Source: an uncultured Kineosporiaceae bacterium (GTDB lineage Bacteria > Actinomycetota > Actinomycetes > Actinomycetales > Kineosporiaceae). Taken from it: 64,000 nucleotides of DNA. Location: the NCBI GenBank assembly GCA_964583765.1, contig CAZOWW010000003.1:6552-70551 (forward strand), in the 5' to 3' direction. Each line of letters opens with the position of its first letter. Positions within the stretch are counted from its first letter, which is position 1. Below are positions 1 through 10,206 of the stretch, in pieces. Position numbers and translations under genes: made by a program. The notes beneath the pieces are model-generated. The model made no database searches, was not told the DNA's origin, and worked only from the letters and a program-made list of their open reading frames with translations.

Positions 1-1253
1 TAGGGCGGGAAGTTGTAGTTGTGCATGTAACGCTTGCGGGTCTCCGGCGCCAGGGTGTCCAACTGCTGCTCCATGCGGAGCATGTTCAGCGTGGTCACGC
101 CCAGGATCTGGGTCTCGCCCCGCTCGAACAGGCCCGAACCGTGCACCCGCGGGACGACGTCCACCTCGGCCGAGAGCTGACGGATGTCCGCCAGGCCCCG
201 CCCGTCCATCCGGGTGCGGTCCCGCAGGATGCGCGCCCGCACCAGCTTCTTGGTCAGCGCGCGGTAGGCGGCGGGGAGTTCCTTCTCGCGACCGGCGAAG
301 GTCTCCGCCAGTTCGGTGACGACGCGTGCCTTGACCTCGTCGAGGCGCGTCTCGCGCTCCTGCTTGTTCCCGATGGTCAGCGCGGCGGTGAGGTCGTCGC
401 TGACCAGCGCGGTGACGGCGTCGAGGGCGTCGGGCTGGAAGTCCGGGAAGATCGGGAACTCGGCGGTCGGTTTCGCCGCCTTCGCCGCGACCTTCTCCTG
501 GGCGTGCACCAGAGCCGCGATGAACGGCTTCGCCGCATCGAGCCCCTGCGCCACGACCTCCTCGGTCGGGGCCTGGACACCCTCGGACTTGACCAGGTTC
601 CAGGTCGCGGCGGTCGCCTCGGCCTCGACCATCATGATCGCGACGTCCTCGGTGCCGTCCGCCCCGGTGACGACCCGGCCGGCCACGACGATGTCGAAGA
701 CCGCGCGCTCCAGCTCACTGTGCCGGGGGAAGGCCACCCACTGGCCGTCCACCAGGGCCACCCGCACGCCACCGATCGGGCCGCTGAAGGGCAGGCCCGC
801 CAGTTGGGTCGAGAGCGAGGCCCCGTTGATCGCCACGACGTCGTACAGGTCGTCGGGGTTCAGGGCGAGGACCGTGACGACGACCTGGACCTCGTTGCGC
901 AGGCCCTTGACGAACGAGGGGCGCAGCGGACGGTCGATCAGACGGCAGGTCAGGATCGCGTCCGTGCTGGGGCGACCCTCCCGGCGGAAGAACGAGCCGG
1001 GGATCCGGCCCGCCGCGTACATCCGCTCCTCGACGTCCACGGTGAGCGGGAAGAAGTCGAACTGCTCCCGGGGGTGCTTGCCCGCGGTCGTCGTCGACAG
1101 CAGCATCGACTCGCCGTCGAGGTAGACCGTGGCCGAGCCGGCCGCCTGACGGGCCAGACGGCCCGTCTCGAACCGGATGGTGCGCTTGCCGAACTGCCCG
1201 TTGTCGAGGACGACCTCAGCGGCAGTGATCTCCGGACCCTCCACTCGGGTCAC
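1..1253 (-). CDS. pnp: polyribonucleotide nucleotidyltransferase (PNPase), N-terminal part; the 3' end runs off the left edge of the window
   Basis: It is absent from the ORF track because there is no stop inside the window. My reverse translation from the GTG at 1253 reads [114 protein letters not shown]..., which is the conserved first RNase-PH domain of PNPase. An AGGAGA Shine-Dalgarno lies directly upstream, and the gene sits downstream of rpsO as usual. Confidence 0.93.
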   Translation of the reverse strand, partial: MTRVEGPEITAAEVVLDNGQFGKRTIRFETGRLARQAAGSATVYLDGESMLLSTTTAGKHPREQFDFFPLTVDVEERMYAAGRIPGSFFRREGRPSTDAILTCRLIDRPLRPSFVKGLRNEVQVVVTVLALNPDDLYDVVAINGASLSTQLAGLPFSGPIGGVRVALVDGQWVAFPRHSELERAVFDIVVAGRVVTGADGTEDVAIMMVEAEATAATWNLVKSEGVQAPTEEVVAQGLDAAKPFIAALVHAQEKVAAKAAKPTAEFPIFPDFQPDALDAVTALVSDDLTAALTIGNKQERETRLDEVKARVVTELAETFAGREKELPAAYRALTKKLVRARILRDRTRMDGRGLADIRQLSAEVDVVPRVHGSGLFERGETQILGVTTLNMLRMEQQLDTLAPETRKRYMHNYNFPP

Positions 1254-1534
1254 TCTCCTGTTCTCTCCGGCCGCCGACGGCGGATCCGGGAGTTCGCGGA
1301 GCCAGGGGCACACCCGGCGTGAAATCCGGTCTTCGATCGAGATCTTCGGCATCGGATGTTCCACCACCCGTTCCGGAGATCACTACCGAGGACCGGCGCC
1401 GCGGGCGCGGCGCGGGCTCCTGTGATCTTGTGTTGTCTGGTGCGACCGGCCCAGGGCCGGCATCGTGGGCCGGGCGTCTGGGCACCCGGCCCCCGCAGGC
1501 GCCGCGGACCACCGGTGCGGTCCGCGGCGGCAGG
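1254..1534 (-). promoter_or_regulatory. structured rpsO-pnp intergenic leader
   Basis: This 281-nt spacer holds several GC-rich hairpins, for example GGGCCGGG(1467-1474)/CCCGGCCC(1485-1492) and the hairpin at 1501-1528. In E. coli and Streptomyces the equivalent rpsO-pnp leader is an RNase III / PNPase autoregulatory target. Confidence 0.5.
1501..1528 (-). terminator. hairpin 6 nt downstream of the rpsO stop (terminator or processing site)
   Basis: GCCGCGGACC-ACCGGTGC-GGTCCGCGGC forms a 10-bp perfect stem. There is no U-tract, which is common in high-GC actinobacteria. Confidence 0.55.
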
Positions 1535-1804
1535 TCATCGACGCAGGCCGAGCCGCTCGATCAGCGAGCGGTAGCGCGTGATGTCCGTGCGCTGCAGGTA
1601 CTGCAGCAGGCGACGACGACGACCGACGAGGAGCAGCAGGCCACGACGGCTGTGGTGGTCGTGCTTGTGCTCCTTCAGGTGCTGCGTCAGGTCCTTGATC
1701 CGCTGCGTCAGCATCGCGACCTGGACCTCGGGAGAACCGGTGTCACCCTCAACGGTCGCGTACTCGGACATGATCTTCTGCTTGGTGGCAAGCTCGAGCG
1801 GCAC
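1535..1804 (-). CDS. rpsO: 30S ribosomal protein S15
   Basis: The 89-aa product ...[63 protein letters not shown]... is the canonical S15 sequence. The start is GTG. Confidence 0.97.
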   Translation of the reverse strand: MPLELATKQKIMSEYATVEGDTGSPEVQVAMLTQRIKDLTQHLKEHKHDHHSRRGLLLLVGRRRRLLQYLQRTDITRYRSLIERLGLRR

Positions 1805-1942
1805 GTGCTCCTCCTCAGGGTCGTTGCGCGGCGCACCGGGGCACGTTCACCCGTGCACTCTCAGTCCGCGGCCGTCTCACGGCGTCAGTCACGTTACCAG
1901 CGCCGCCCTCTTGCGCCGAATCGACCCGGCCGCAGGGCTGTC

Positions 1943-2980
1943 TCAGGCCCGGTCGGTGGCCGGTTCCGGGACGCCGAGCACCGTCCGGGCCACCCGCACG
2001 TCCTCGTGCATCTGCGCGAGCAACTCGGCCACCCCGGAGAAGCGCACCATCGGCCGCAGCCGGCGCACGAACTCCACGACCACGGTCTCGCCGTACAGGT
2101 CCAGGTCGTCGCGGTCCAGTACGTGGGCCTCCACCCGCCGCCCCGTGCCGGCGAAGGTCGGGTTGGTGCCCACCGAGACAGCGGCCGGCAGACGGGTGCG
2201 GTCCGGGCCGTCGCACCCCTGCTGACGCACGAGCCAGCCGGCGTACACGCCGTCCGCCGGCACCACGCCCACGGCGTCTGGCGCGAGGTTCGCGGTGGGA
2301 AAGCCGAGCTGGCGTCCCCGGTGGTCGCCGTGCACGACGAGCCCGGTCATCCGGTGCGGCCGCCCGAGCACCTCGGCGGCTTCGTCCACCGACCCCTCGG
2401 CAACCCGCTCCCGGACCCAGGTCGAGGACCAGCGGCGCGCCGGCGCCCTCCCGAACGCCTCCGGCGAGCCGTCGGACACCGCCGGTCTCCCGAGATCGGC
2501 CACCTGTCCCCCCAGGTCGGCCACGACGTCCACCTCGAACCCGAACTCGCGGCCGAGCTCGGCCAAGGTGCTCGTGTCCCCGCTGTTGCGGTGCCCGAAC
2601 CGCATGTCCTGTCCCACGACGACCAGGCGCGCGTCGAGGGAGGCCGCGAACACCTCGGCGACGAAGCGCTTGGGCGACCAGGCGGCCAGCTCCGTGGTGA
2701 ACTCCATGACCAGCGTCGCGTCCACCCCGGCCGCCCCGAGCAGCCGCAGCCGGTGCGCGAGGGTCGCCAGTGCCGCATGCGCCCGGTGAGGCTGCACCAC
2801 GGCGACGGGGTGCGGATCGAAGGTCACCGCCACACAGCGCAGGCCACGCGCCCGCGCCTGTGCGGTCAGCCGTTCCAGGACCGCCTGGTGGCCACGGTGC
2901 ACCCCGTCGAAATTGCCCAGGGTCACCGCTGAGGGTCCCCACCCCTGCGGGACGTCGCCGATCCGGTACCACCGCTGCAC
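1943..2980 (-). CDS. ribF: bifunctional riboflavin kinase / FMN adenylyltransferase
   Basis: The product contains TLGNFDGVHRGHQAVL (the FAD synthetase nucleotidyltransferase motif) and GFPTANL ... the C-terminal riboflavin kinase domain. I trimmed the tracked ORF (to 3118) to the in-frame GTG at 2980 (VQRWYRIGD...); the GTG at 2989 is an alternative. Confidence 0.9.
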   Translation of the reverse strand: MQRWYRIGDVPQGWGPSAVTLGNFDGVHRGHQAVLERLTAQARARGLRCVAVTFDPHPVAVVQPHRAHAALATLAHRLRLLGAAGVDATLVMEFTTELAAWSPKRFVAEVFAASLDARLVVVGQDMRFGHRNSGDTSTLAELGREFGFEVDVVADLGGQVADLGRPAVSDGSPEAFGRAPARRWSSTWVRERVAEGSVDEAAEVLGRPHRMTGLVVHGDHRGRQLGFPTANLAPDAVGVVPADGVYAGWLVRQQGCDGPDRTRLPAAVSVGTNPTFAGTGRRVEAHVLDRDDLDLYGETVVVEFVRRLRPMVRFSGVAELLAQMHEDVRVARTVLGVPEPATDRA

Positions 2981-3155
2981 GGGTCCCACTCTGCCAGCCC
3001 GGCCCCGGCCCCCGCCGCCCGGGGACACCGCGGGACGACGTACCCCAGGACGACGTCCCGCAGGACGGCATGCGCCAGCGAACCACCGGCCAGGGGACGG
3101 CGCACGCCAGCGAACCATGCCCTCAGCGAATCACGGGCCGAGCGAGCCACGGGCC

Positions 3156-4064
3156 TCAGAAGACGACGAGGGACCGGGCCTGTTCCGCCGACTCGTCGAG
3201 CAGGGCCACGAGCCGCCCGTCCGGTGCGAACGCGGCCACCGGGCCGGTGCCGTCCGTGCCCGAGACCGGGATCCGCTGGCCGTGCCCCACCCGTCGTACC
3301 TGGTCCTCGTCGAGCTGCCGGCAGCGGAAGGCCGCGCGGGCGGCCGAGGCCAGGGGCAGCACCGTGAACTCCTCGGCCAACTCGTCGAGCGTGCGCGCGA
3401 CGTCCAGGCCGTAGGCACCGACGCAGGTGCGGCGCAGCGCGGTCAGGTGCCCGCCCACGCCCAGGGCGGCCCCGAGATCCCGGGCCAGGGCACGCACATA
3501 GGTGCCCGAGGAGCACTCCACCTCGACGTCCAGGTCGAGCACCGGTGATCCGGCGTCCTCGGCGGCCCGCCGATCACGTACGTCGAACCGGTACACGGTG
3601 ACCGGTCGCGCGGCCAGCTCGACCTCTTCGCCGGCCCGGACCCGGGCATAGGCCCGCTGCCCGTCGACCTTCACGGCACTCACCGCGCTGGGTACCTGCA
3701 GGATCTGTCCCCGCAGCCGGGCCAACTGCTCCGCCACCTGTTCCTCGTCGACCTCCGCCGCGGACCGGCGCTCCAACACCTCGCCCTGGGCGTCGTCGCT
3801 GCGGGTACGCACACCCAGCCGGATCGTCGCGGAATACGCCTTGCGGGCCCCGATCAGGTAGGTGAGGAGTTTCGTCGCCCGCTCGATGCCCAGGACCAGC
3901 ACCCCGGTCGCCATCGGGTCCAGCGTGCCGGCATGCCCCACCCGACGGGTGTGCGCGAGCCGACGCACGCGGGCGACGACGTCGTGGGAGGTGCAGCCCG
4001 CGGGCTTGTCCACCACGACCAGGGCGCCCACGCCGACGCCGGAGGAACCGGTCACGGCGCCCAC
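3156..4064 (-). CDS. truB: tRNA pseudouridine(55) synthase TruB
   Basis: LVVVDKPAGCTSHDVVARVRRL...GHAGTLDPMATGVLVLG contains the catalytic Asp motif. An alternative GTG at 4055 would form a GTGA overlap with the rbfA stop. Confidence 0.93.
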   Translation of the reverse strand: MGAVTGSSGVGVGALVVVDKPAGCTSHDVVARVRRLAHTRRVGHAGTLDPMATGVLVLGIERATKLLTYLIGARKAYSATIRLGVRTRSDDAQGEVLERRSAAEVDEEQVAEQLARLRGQILQVPSAVSAVKVDGQRAYARVRAGEEVELAARPVTVYRFDVRDRRAAEDAGSPVLDLDVEVECSSGTYVRALARDLGAALGVGGHLTALRRTCVGAYGLDVARTLDELAEEFTVLPLASAARAAFRCRQLDEDQVRRVGHGQRIPVSGTDGTGPVAAFAPDGRLVALLDESAEQARSLVVF

Positions 4065-4579
4065 GCGTGACCACCCGGGTGGTCCGCGACCCGGTCACCG
4101 TCCCCGGCCGGGGACGACCGCGGAAGGGTCTCCCCCTCCCCCTCGTCCTCGTCCTCGTCGACGGCCGGGTGCCGGTAGGGATCGGAGTCGCCCGCGTAGC
4201 TCGCGCCAGCGGCCTGCGCGGCGACATCCGCGTCCCGGGCCGCTGCCGTGCGCAGCAGGTCGTTGATGTGTGCGGCGGTCTCCGGCACCGCGTCCGCGAT
4301 GAACTCCAGGGTGGGCGTCAACCGGATGCCGGTACGCCGCCCGACCTCCGAGCGCAGGACCCCCTTGGCGCTCTCGAGGGCGGCCGCCGAGGAGGCGCGG
4401 TCATGGCTGTCGCCGAGCACCGTGTAGAAGACGGTCGCGTGCTGCAGGTCGTTGGTCACCCGGGCGTCCGTGACCGTCACGAACCCCAGGCGCGGATCCT
4501 TCACCCGCTTCTCCAAGGCCTCCGCGACCACCTCACGGATCCGGTCGGCGAGCTTGCGGGCCCGGGCGGTGCCGGTCAT
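4052..4579 (-). CDS. rbfA: ribosome-binding factor A
   Basis: MTGTARARKLADRIREVVAEALEKRVKDPRLGFVTVTDARVTNDLQHATVFYTVLG is typical of RbfA. I chose the ATG at 4579 because GGGAGGAG precedes it. The acidic C-terminal tail is a common actinobacterial feature. Confidence 0.92.
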   Translation of the reverse strand: MTGTARARKLADRIREVVAEALEKRVKDPRLGFVTVTDARVTNDLQHATVFYTVLGDSHDRASSAAALESAKGVLRSEVGRRTGIRLTPTLEFIADAVPETAAHINDLLRTAAARDADVAAQAAGASYAGDSDPYRHPAVDEDEDEGEGETLPRSSPAGDGDRVADHPGGHAWAP

Positions 4580-4667
4580 GGTCTCCTCCCGGAGAGTGTG
4601 TCGGAACTGCTGTCGGAAAGTTTGTGCCATCTCCCCGCCGCCGCGGGACCGGTCCCATCGTCGTGAA

Positions 4668-4708
4668 CCGGGTCTCGTCACCACCGAGCCGGTCTCGTCA
4701 CCACCGGG
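4668..4708. repeat. 2 x 20-bp tandem direct repeat between the DUF503 gene and rbfA
   Basis: GGTCTCGTCACCACCG occurs at 4671-4686 and 4691-4706. In the sense of the operon (minus strand) each unit reads CGGTGGTGACGAGACC and contains TGA. Confidence 0.85.
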
Positions 4709-4763
4709 CCGGGCCGGTTTCCCTGTCTCGGGGCTGGTCCGGCTGCCACGGGGCCGGGAGCGC

Positions 4764-5060
4764 TCAGTCGTCCTCGTCGTCCCAGATGCGGATCCGGGTA
4801 CCGAGCACCTCCGCCTCCGGTCGGTCCGCGACGAGGCGCTCGCAGGACTCCAGCACCCGGCGCAGGAAGGCGGCGTCCCCGGAGACCAGCGCGACGCCGA
4901 TCTCGGACCGGCGGTGCAGGTCCTGGTGACCCGTCTCGGCCGCGCTCACCTCGAACCGGCGCCGGAGTTCGGCCACGATGGGGCGCACCACGGACCGCTT
5001 CTCCTTGAGCGAGTGCACGTCGCCCAGGAGCAGGTCGATGCTCAACGTCCCGATCTGCAC
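4764..5060 (-). CDS. DUF503 (YlxP-like) family protein
   Basis: The 98-aa product MQIGTLSIDLLLGDVHSLKEKRSVVRPIV... sits in the conserved position between infB and rbfA. The start is GTG, preceded by AAGGTGGGGA. Confidence 0.88.
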   Translation of the reverse strand: MQIGTLSIDLLLGDVHSLKEKRSVVRPIVAELRRRFEVSAAETGHQDLHRRSEIGVALVSGDAAFLRRVLESCERLVADRPEAEVLGTRIRIWDDEDD

Positions 5061-5176
5061 GATGTCCCCACCTTGACGACGACCCCGGACCCGGTGCCCA
5101 CGGCACAGCGACGCTCCCGATCCGGGCCCCGACCCAGGCTCGGGTCGAGGCCCGGGTACGGAGCCAGGAGAACGGC

Positions 5177-5205
5177 GGGTGGGGCCGGTCGGACCGGCCC
5201 CACCC
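5177..5205 (-). terminator. hairpin just downstream of the infB stop (attenuator or terminator)
   Basis: GGGTGGGGCCGGTC-G-GACCGGCCCCACCC is a near-perfect palindrome with 14-nt arms, 8 nt after the infB stop codon. Confidence 0.5.
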
Positions 5206-5213
5206 CTGCTCGT

Positions 5214-8200
5214 TCAGGCCCGGGGCTTCTCACGGATCTCGAACGTCTCGATCATGTCGCCCGTTCGGATGTCGTTGTACGAGCCGAGTCCGATACCGCA
5301 CTCGTACCCGTCGCGGACCTCGGTGATGTCGTCCTTGAACCGGCGCAGGGACTCGATCGCCAGACTCTCGGACACCACGACGCCGTCGCGGACCAGCCGT
5401 GCCTTGGCGTTGCGTCGGATCTCGCCCGTACGCACCAGACAGCCCGCGATGTTGCCGAAGCGGCTCGACCGGAACACCTCGCGCACCTCGGCCGAACCGA
5501 GCTGCACCTCCTCGAACTCCGGCTTGAGCATGCCCTTGAGGGCCGCCTCGATCTCCTCGATCGCCTGGTAGATGACCGAGTAGTGCCGGATGTCGATGCC
5601 CTCGCGCTCGGCCAGGTCGCCGACCTTCTCCGCCGGACGGACGTTGAAGCCGACGATGATCGCGCTCGAGGCCACGGCCAGGTTCACGTTGTTCATCGTG
5701 ATGGCACCCACGCCGCGGTCGATGACCTGCAGCTCGACCTCTTCGCCCACGTCGATCTGGAGCAGGGCGTCCTCGAGGGCCTCGACCGAACCGGCCACGT
5801 CGCCCTTGAGGATGAGGTTGAGGGTCTGCACCTTGCCCATTTCGAGGGCCTTGGTGAAGTCCTCCAGGCTGATGCGCTTGCGGCGCTTGGCGAGCACGGC
5901 GGCCCGCTCCACGGCCTCGCGCTTCTCGGCGATCTGCCGCGCGGTCCGGTCGTCCGGTGCCACGAGGAAGGTGTCGCCGGCCCTCGGCACCGAGGTCAGA
6001 CCGAGCACCTGCACCGGGCGGGACGGTTCGGCCTGGTTGACCAGGTCGCCGTTCTCGTCGAGCATCGCCCGCACCCGGCCGTAGGCGGTGCCGGCCACGA
6101 TCGCGTCCCCGACGTGCAGGGTTCCGGACTGCACCAGCACCGTGGCCACGGGGCCGCGGCCGCGGTCGAGGTTGGCCTCGATCGCCACTCCGCGGGCGTC
6201 CTTGTCCGGGTTCGCCGTGAGCTCCAGCGCGGCGTCGGCGGTCAACAGCACCGCCTCCAGGACGGCGTCGATGTTGATCCGCTGCTTGGCCGAGATGTCC
6301 ACGAACATCGTGTCGCCGCCGTACTCCTCGGCGACCAGGTTGTACTCGGTCAGCTGCTGACGGATCTTGGCAGGGTTCGCACCCTCCTTGTCGATCTTGT
6401 TCACTGCCACGACCACCGGCACTCCGGCCGCCTGGGCGTGGTTCAGTGCCTCGATCGTCTGCGGCATCACGCCGTCGTCGGCCGCGACCACCAGCACCGC
6501 GATGTCGGTCACCCGGGCACCACGAGCACGCATGGCGGTGAACGCCTCGTGACCCGGGGTGTCGATGAAGGTGATCGCGCGGTCGATGCCCTCGTGCTCG
6601 AAGTGCACCTGGTAGGCACCGATGTGCTGGGTGATGCCACCGGCCTCGCCGGCCACCACGTTCGCGTGCCGGACCGCGTCCAGCAGCTTGGTCTTGCCGT
6701 GGTCGACGTGACCCATGACGGTGACCACGGGCGGACGGGCCTGGAGGAACTCGACGTCCCCCTCGACCTCCCCGCCCAGGTCGATGTCGAAGGACTCCAG
6801 CAGCTCGCGGTCCTCGTCCTCGGGCGAGACCACCTGGATGTCGTAGCCGAGCTCGGCGCCCAGCAGGCGGAAGGTGTCCTCGTCGAGGGACTGCGTCGCC
6901 GTGGCCATCTCGCCCAGGTGGAAGAGCACCGTGACGAGGCTGGCCGGGTTGGCATTGATCTTGTCGGCGAAGTCCGTCAGCGAGGAACCCCGGCGCAGGC
7001 GGACGACGGTGCGCCCGTCCCCGCGGGGGACCTGCACACCCCCCGCCATGGGGGCCTGCATGTTGTCGAACTCCTGGCGCCGCTGCTTCTTCGACTTCCG
7101 ACCGCGCACCGGGCGGCCACCGGCGCGACCGAACGCGCCCTGCGTACCGCCACGGCCACCGCCGCCCTTGCCGAAGCCGCGACCCGCCGCGGGTGCACCG
7201 GGACCGCCGCCGGGCGCGCCGCCGCCGGGACGACCCGCACCGAATCCGGGACGACCGCCGCCGCCGGGACGACCGGGACCACCCGTGCCACCGCCGGGAC
7301 GACCGGGACCACCCGTGCCGCCACCGGGACGACCGACCGAGGTACGACCGGGCATGAGACCGGGGTTGGGCCGCGGCGGCATCGAGCCGGGGCTCGGACG
7401 GGGACCGCCGGGGCGATCGCCGCCGGCCGGGCGGGCGCCGCCCTGCGGACGGGGCATGCCCTGCGACGGGGCGAACGGGTTGTTGCCCGGACGGGAAGCG
7501 CCACCGCCACCACCGCCGGGACGGGGCATGCCCTGCGACGAGGCGAACGGATTGTTGCCCGGACGGGGAGCACCGCCACCGGGGCGGGGCCCGCGGGACG
7601 CGCCCTGGGGACCGCGACCGCCGCCGGACTCAGCCGGGCGGCCGCCCTGACCCTGCGGACGTCCGCCGGGGCCCGGGCGCGGACCGCCCTGACCACCACG
7701 CGCGGACGGCCCGGCAGGTCGCTGCGAACCGGGGGCCGCGGGCCGCGGCGCGCCGGGACCGGGCCGGGCGCCGGACGGCGCCGACCGGGCGGGGATCGAG
7801 GGAAGACCTGCGGGCGAGGCCGGGCGCGGGCCCGGGCGCTGTCCCGTCCCTGGACGGGTGGACGGCGCCGCCGGGGCGGATGCTGCCGGGGCCGGCGCGG
7901 TCGGGGCCGATGCGGCGGGGGCCACCGGTGCCACGGGGGCAACCGGGATCTCCGGCACGGACGGGGCCGGCGCGGTCGGGGCCGATGCGGCGGGGGCCAC
8001 CGGGGCCACCGGGGCCGACGCCGGGCCGGGACGTGTGCCCGGCCGGGCACTCGGACGGATCCCGGGCTTCGCACCGGGCACCGCACTCGGGCCGGAACGG
8101 GTCGGGGCCGACGGAGCCTGGGCTGTCGGTGCGGAGACCGGCGCCTGGGCGGAGGCTGCGGGAACCGCGGGCGTCGTCGCGGCAGGTCGAGCCGGAGCCG

Positions 8201-8441
8201 GCTTGGCCGATACGGGGGCGGAGGGGCTTCCCGGCGCGGCCGGGGAGGGGGAACCTCCACCACGGCGCCCGGAACGGGCCAGCTCGCCGGGGAGGTTCTC
8301 ACGGAGCCGACGCACAACGGGCGGCTCGACAGTGGACGATGCAGAACGGACGAACTCGCCCATCTCTTGCAGCTTGGCCATCACGACCTTGCTCTCGATT
8401 CCGAGCTCTTTCGCGAGCTCGTAGACCCGGACCTTTGCCAC
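5214..8441 (-). CDS. infB: translation initiation factor IF-2
   Basis: The product is 1075 aa. The N-terminus [31 protein letters not shown] is followed by a long Pro/Ala/Gly-rich linker, then the GTPase core [17 protein letters not shown]...DTPGHEAF...NKIDK. The start is GTG with AGGAGA upstream. Confidence 0.97.
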   Translation of the reverse strand: MAKVRVYELAKELGIESKVVMAKLQEMGEFVRSASSTVEPPVVRRLRENLPGELARSGRRGGGSPSPAAPGSPSAPVSAKPAPARPAATTPAVPAASAQAPVSAPTAQAPSAPTRSGPSAVPGAKPGIRPSARPGTRPGPASAPVAPVAPAASAPTAPAPSVPEIPVAPVAPVAPAASAPTAPAPAASAPAAPSTRPGTGQRPGPRPASPAGLPSIPARSAPSGARPGPGAPRPAAPGSQRPAGPSARGGQGGPRPGPGGRPQGQGGRPAESGGGRGPQGASRGPRPGGGAPRPGNNPFASSQGMPRPGGGGGGASRPGNNPFAPSQGMPRPQGGARPAGGDRPGGPRPSPGSMPPRPNPGLMPGRTSVGRPGGGTGGPGRPGGGTGGPGRPGGGGRPGFGAGRPGGGAPGGGPGAPAAGRGFGKGGGGRGGTQGAFGRAGGRPVRGRKSKKQRRQEFDNMQAPMAGGVQVPRGDGRTVVRLRRGSSLTDFADKINANPASLVTVLFHLGEMATATQSLDEDTFRLLGAELGYDIQVVSPEDEDRELLESFDIDLGGEVEGDVEFLQARPPVVTVMGHVDHGKTKLLDAVRHANVVAGEAGGITQHIGAYQVHFEHEGIDRAITFIDTPGHEAFTAMRARGARVTDIAVLVVAADDGVMPQTIEALNHAQAAGVPVVVAVNKIDKEGANPAKIRQQLTEYNLVAEEYGGDTMFVDISAKQRINIDAVLEAVLLTADAALELTANPDKDARGVAIEANLDRGRGPVATVLVQSGTLHVGDAIVAGTAYGRVRAMLDENGDLVNQAEPSRPVQVLGLTSVPRAGDTFLVAPDDRTARQIAEKREAVERAAVLAKRRKRISLEDFTKALEMGKVQTLNLILKGDVAGSVEALEDALLQIDVGEEVELQVIDRGVGAITMNNVNLAVASSAIIVGFNVRPAEKVGDLAEREGIDIRHYSVIYQAIEEIEAALKGMLKPEFEEVQLGSAEVREVFRSSRFGNIAGCLVRTGEIRRNAKARLVRDGVVVSESLAIESLRRFKDDITEVRDGYECGIGLGSYNDIRTGDMIETFEIREKPRA
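7261..8003 (-). repeat. in-frame tandem duplications inside the IF-2 N-terminal linker
   Basis: There are three sets of direct repeats. Period 30 bp at 7261-7320 encodes [10 protein letters not shown] twice. Period 72 bp starting at 7447 and 7519 encodes [18 protein letters not shown] twice. Period 75 bp starting at 7888 and 7963 encodes [12 protein letters not shown] twice. Confidence 0.85.
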
Positions 8442-8521
8442 TTCTCTCCTGTCTCGGTCCGGGCCGGGGTTACACAGGCGCGGACCGTCGTTACGGCTGG
8501 GGGGCGTTCATTGCTGCGCGC

Positions 8522-9106
8522 TCATCGGGTGCTCATCAGCTTCTGACCCGCTTCCGGCTCGGACGGATGGTGCTGTTCCTGTCTGATGGTCGTGCCGTAC
8601 CCCACGGTGGTCCGTGTCTCAACCACCGTGGTCCGTACTTCGGCCACCGTGGTCCGTGCTTCATCCCCCGAGGTCACTGCATCCCGGGAGGCACGCGCCC
8701 TGGTGGGGGGTGCCGTACGAGGCCAGTCCTGCGCGACGGCTCGCAGCCCGGCCAGGTCGAGCGATCCGCTCCGGCGTAGCGCCCGAGGGAACGCCCGGCG
8801 TCGGTCGGCCAGGTCGAGACAACCCAGGTCACGGTGCACCCAGGCCCCTCGCCCCGGAAGCCTGTGCCCCGGGTCGGGGACGACGGACCAGACACCGTCG
8901 ACCTCGGCCAGAACCACTCGCAGCAGGACGGACTGATCATCGCGGCTGCGGCATCCCACGCACGTGCGCTCATGACGAGTGCGGTGCTGACACGTGCTGG
9001 GTTCACACGCGCACTGCCGACACGTACAGGGTTCACACGTACGGGGATAACGAACCACTCGACCGGTCAACCTCAGTCTATCCCCACCCGGAACCGGTGA
9101 ACTCAC
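8522..9106 (-). CDS. YlxR/DUF448 family RNA-binding protein; the start and the C-terminal tail are uncertain
   Basis: The core [19 protein letters not shown]...RGAWVH... is the YlxR signature, and the gene sits in the conserved nusA-ylxR-infB position. The GTG at 9106 forms a GTGA overlap with the nusA stop. The N-terminal and C-terminal parts have poor third-position GC. Confidence 0.75.
   Translation of the reverse strand: MSSPVPGGDRLRLTGRVVRYPRTCEPCTCRQCACEPSTCQHRTRHERTCVGCRSRDDQSVLLRVVLAEVDGVWSVVPDPGHRLPGRGAWVHRDLGCLDLADRRRAFPRALRRSGSLDLAGLRAVAQDWPRTAPPTRARASRDAVTSGDEARTTVAEVRTTVVETRTTVGYGTTIRQEQHHPSEPEAGQKLMSTR
8602..8664. repeat. 3 x 21-bp tandem repeat in the ylxR 3' region
   Basis: The units are CCACGGTGGTCCGTGTCTCAA / CCACCGTGGTCCGTACTTCGG / CCACCGTGGTCCGTGCTTCAT. 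In the ylxR frame they read (A/V)E(V/T)RTTV heptads. Confidence 0.85.
8989..9040. repeat. 2 x 30-bp direct repeat in the ylxR 5' region
   Basis: GACACGTGCTGGGTTCACACG (8989-9009) and GACACGTACAGGGTTCACACG (9019-9039). They encode the Cys-rich [18 protein letters not shown] segment if translated. Confidence 0.8.
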
Positions 9107-10206
9107 CGGTGCGGGTCGGCGGTCGTGTCACGATCGCGTCTCAGGTCGATCGCCGACCTGGCCCCGGACGCAGGTCGCGGTACTCCTCCGGGCTGCCGGG
9201 CGGACGCCGGGACCGGTTGACGTGCGGTGCCGGCGGCCTCGGGATCCGTGTCCGAGCGGATGTCGATCCGCCACCCGGTCAACTTCGCCGCGAGACGCGC
9301 GTTCTGGCCCTCCTTGCCGATCGCCAGCGAGAGCTGGTAGTCGGGGACGATCACGCGCACGGACTTGCTCGCCTCGTCCGTGATCTGGGCGGAGACCACC
9401 TTGGCCGGCGAGAGCGCGCTGGCCACGAAGGCCGCGGGGTCGTCGCTGTAGTCGATGATGTCGATCTTCTCGCCGTGCAGTTCGTTGACCACCGCGCGCA
9501 CCCGCTGGCCCATCGGCCCGATGCAGGCACCCTTGGCGTTGAGTCCCTGGACGCGTGCCCGCACCGCGACCTTCGACCGGTGTCCGGCCTCCCGGGCGAC
9601 GGTGACGATCTCCACACTCGAGTCGGCGATCTCGGGGACCTCCAGCGCGAACAGCTTGCGCACGAGGTTGGGGTGGGTCCGGGACAGGGTGATCGACGGG
9701 CCCTTGAGCCCCTTGCGCACCCCGACCACGAAGCACCTCAGCCGCTGCCCGTGCCGGTAGTCCTCGCCGGGGACCTGCTCGGCCGGGGGCAGCACACCCT
9801 CGACGGCGCCCAGATCGACGTGGACCATCCTCGGGTCGGAGCTCTGCTGGATCACCCCGGCGACGATGTCACCCTCACGGCCCCGGAACTCCCCGAGCAC
9901 GTGCTCGTCCTCGACGTCCCGCAGCCGCTGAAGGATCGTCTGCCGGGCGGTCGTCGCGGCGATCCGGCCGAAGCCCTCCGGGGTGTCGTCCCACTCCCGC
10001 ACCAGGGCACCGGCGTCGTCCAGTTCCTGCGCCCAGACCACGACCTGCCCACTGGCCCGGTCCAGTTCCACGCGAGCCGTGGCACGAGCACCGTCCGTGC
10101 GGTGGTAGGCCAACAGCAGCGCCTGCTCAATGGTGCGGACGAGCACCTCGAACGGGATTTCCTTCTCCCGCTCCAGGACCCGCAACGCGGCCATGTCGAT
10201 GTTCAT
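9103..10206 (-). CDS. nusA: transcription termination/antitermination factor NusA
   Basis: [23 protein letters not shown]... is followed by S1 and KH domains (...[22 protein letters not shown]). I prefer the ATG at 10206, which shares one nucleotide with the rimP TGA, over the tracked TTG at 10209. Confidence 0.95.
   Translation of the reverse strand: MNIDMAALRVLEREKEIPFEVLVRTIEQALLLAYHRTDGARATARVELDRASGQVVVWAQELDDAGALVREWDDTPEGFGRIAATTARQTILQRLRDVEDEHVLGEFRGREGDIVAGVIQQSSDPRMVHVDLGAVEGVLPPAEQVPGEDYRHGQRLRCFVVGVRKGLKGPSITLSRTHPNLVRKLFALEVPEIADSSVEIVTVAREAGHRSKVAVRARVQGLNAKGACIGPMGQRVRAVVNELHGEKIDIIDYSDDPAAFVASALSPAKVVSAQITDEASKSVRVIVPDYQLSLAIGKEGQNARLAAKLTGWRIDIRSDTDPEAAGTARQPVPASARQPGGVPRPASGARSAIDLRRDRDTTADPHR

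Noticed and set aside
4452-8546. A 1364-aa plus-strand ORF, the longest in the track.
   Set aside because: It lies antisense to infB. Its product is Arg/Gly/His/Ala-rich with no recognisable domain, whereas the minus strand encodes an unmistakable IF-2. It is a typical high-GC antisense ORF artefact. The same reasoning applies to 21-1322(+), 1319-2932(+), 8614-10815(+), 10831-12795(+), 11904-14186(+), 14556-16574(-), 14984-16810(+), 15948-18044(+), 18287-20056(+), 20251-21930(-), 24440-26371(-), 29624-32146(+), 31473-33032(-), 35939-37624(+), 39393-41168(+), 43187-46111(-), 46844-47878(-), 50530-53223(+) and 61000-63051(+).
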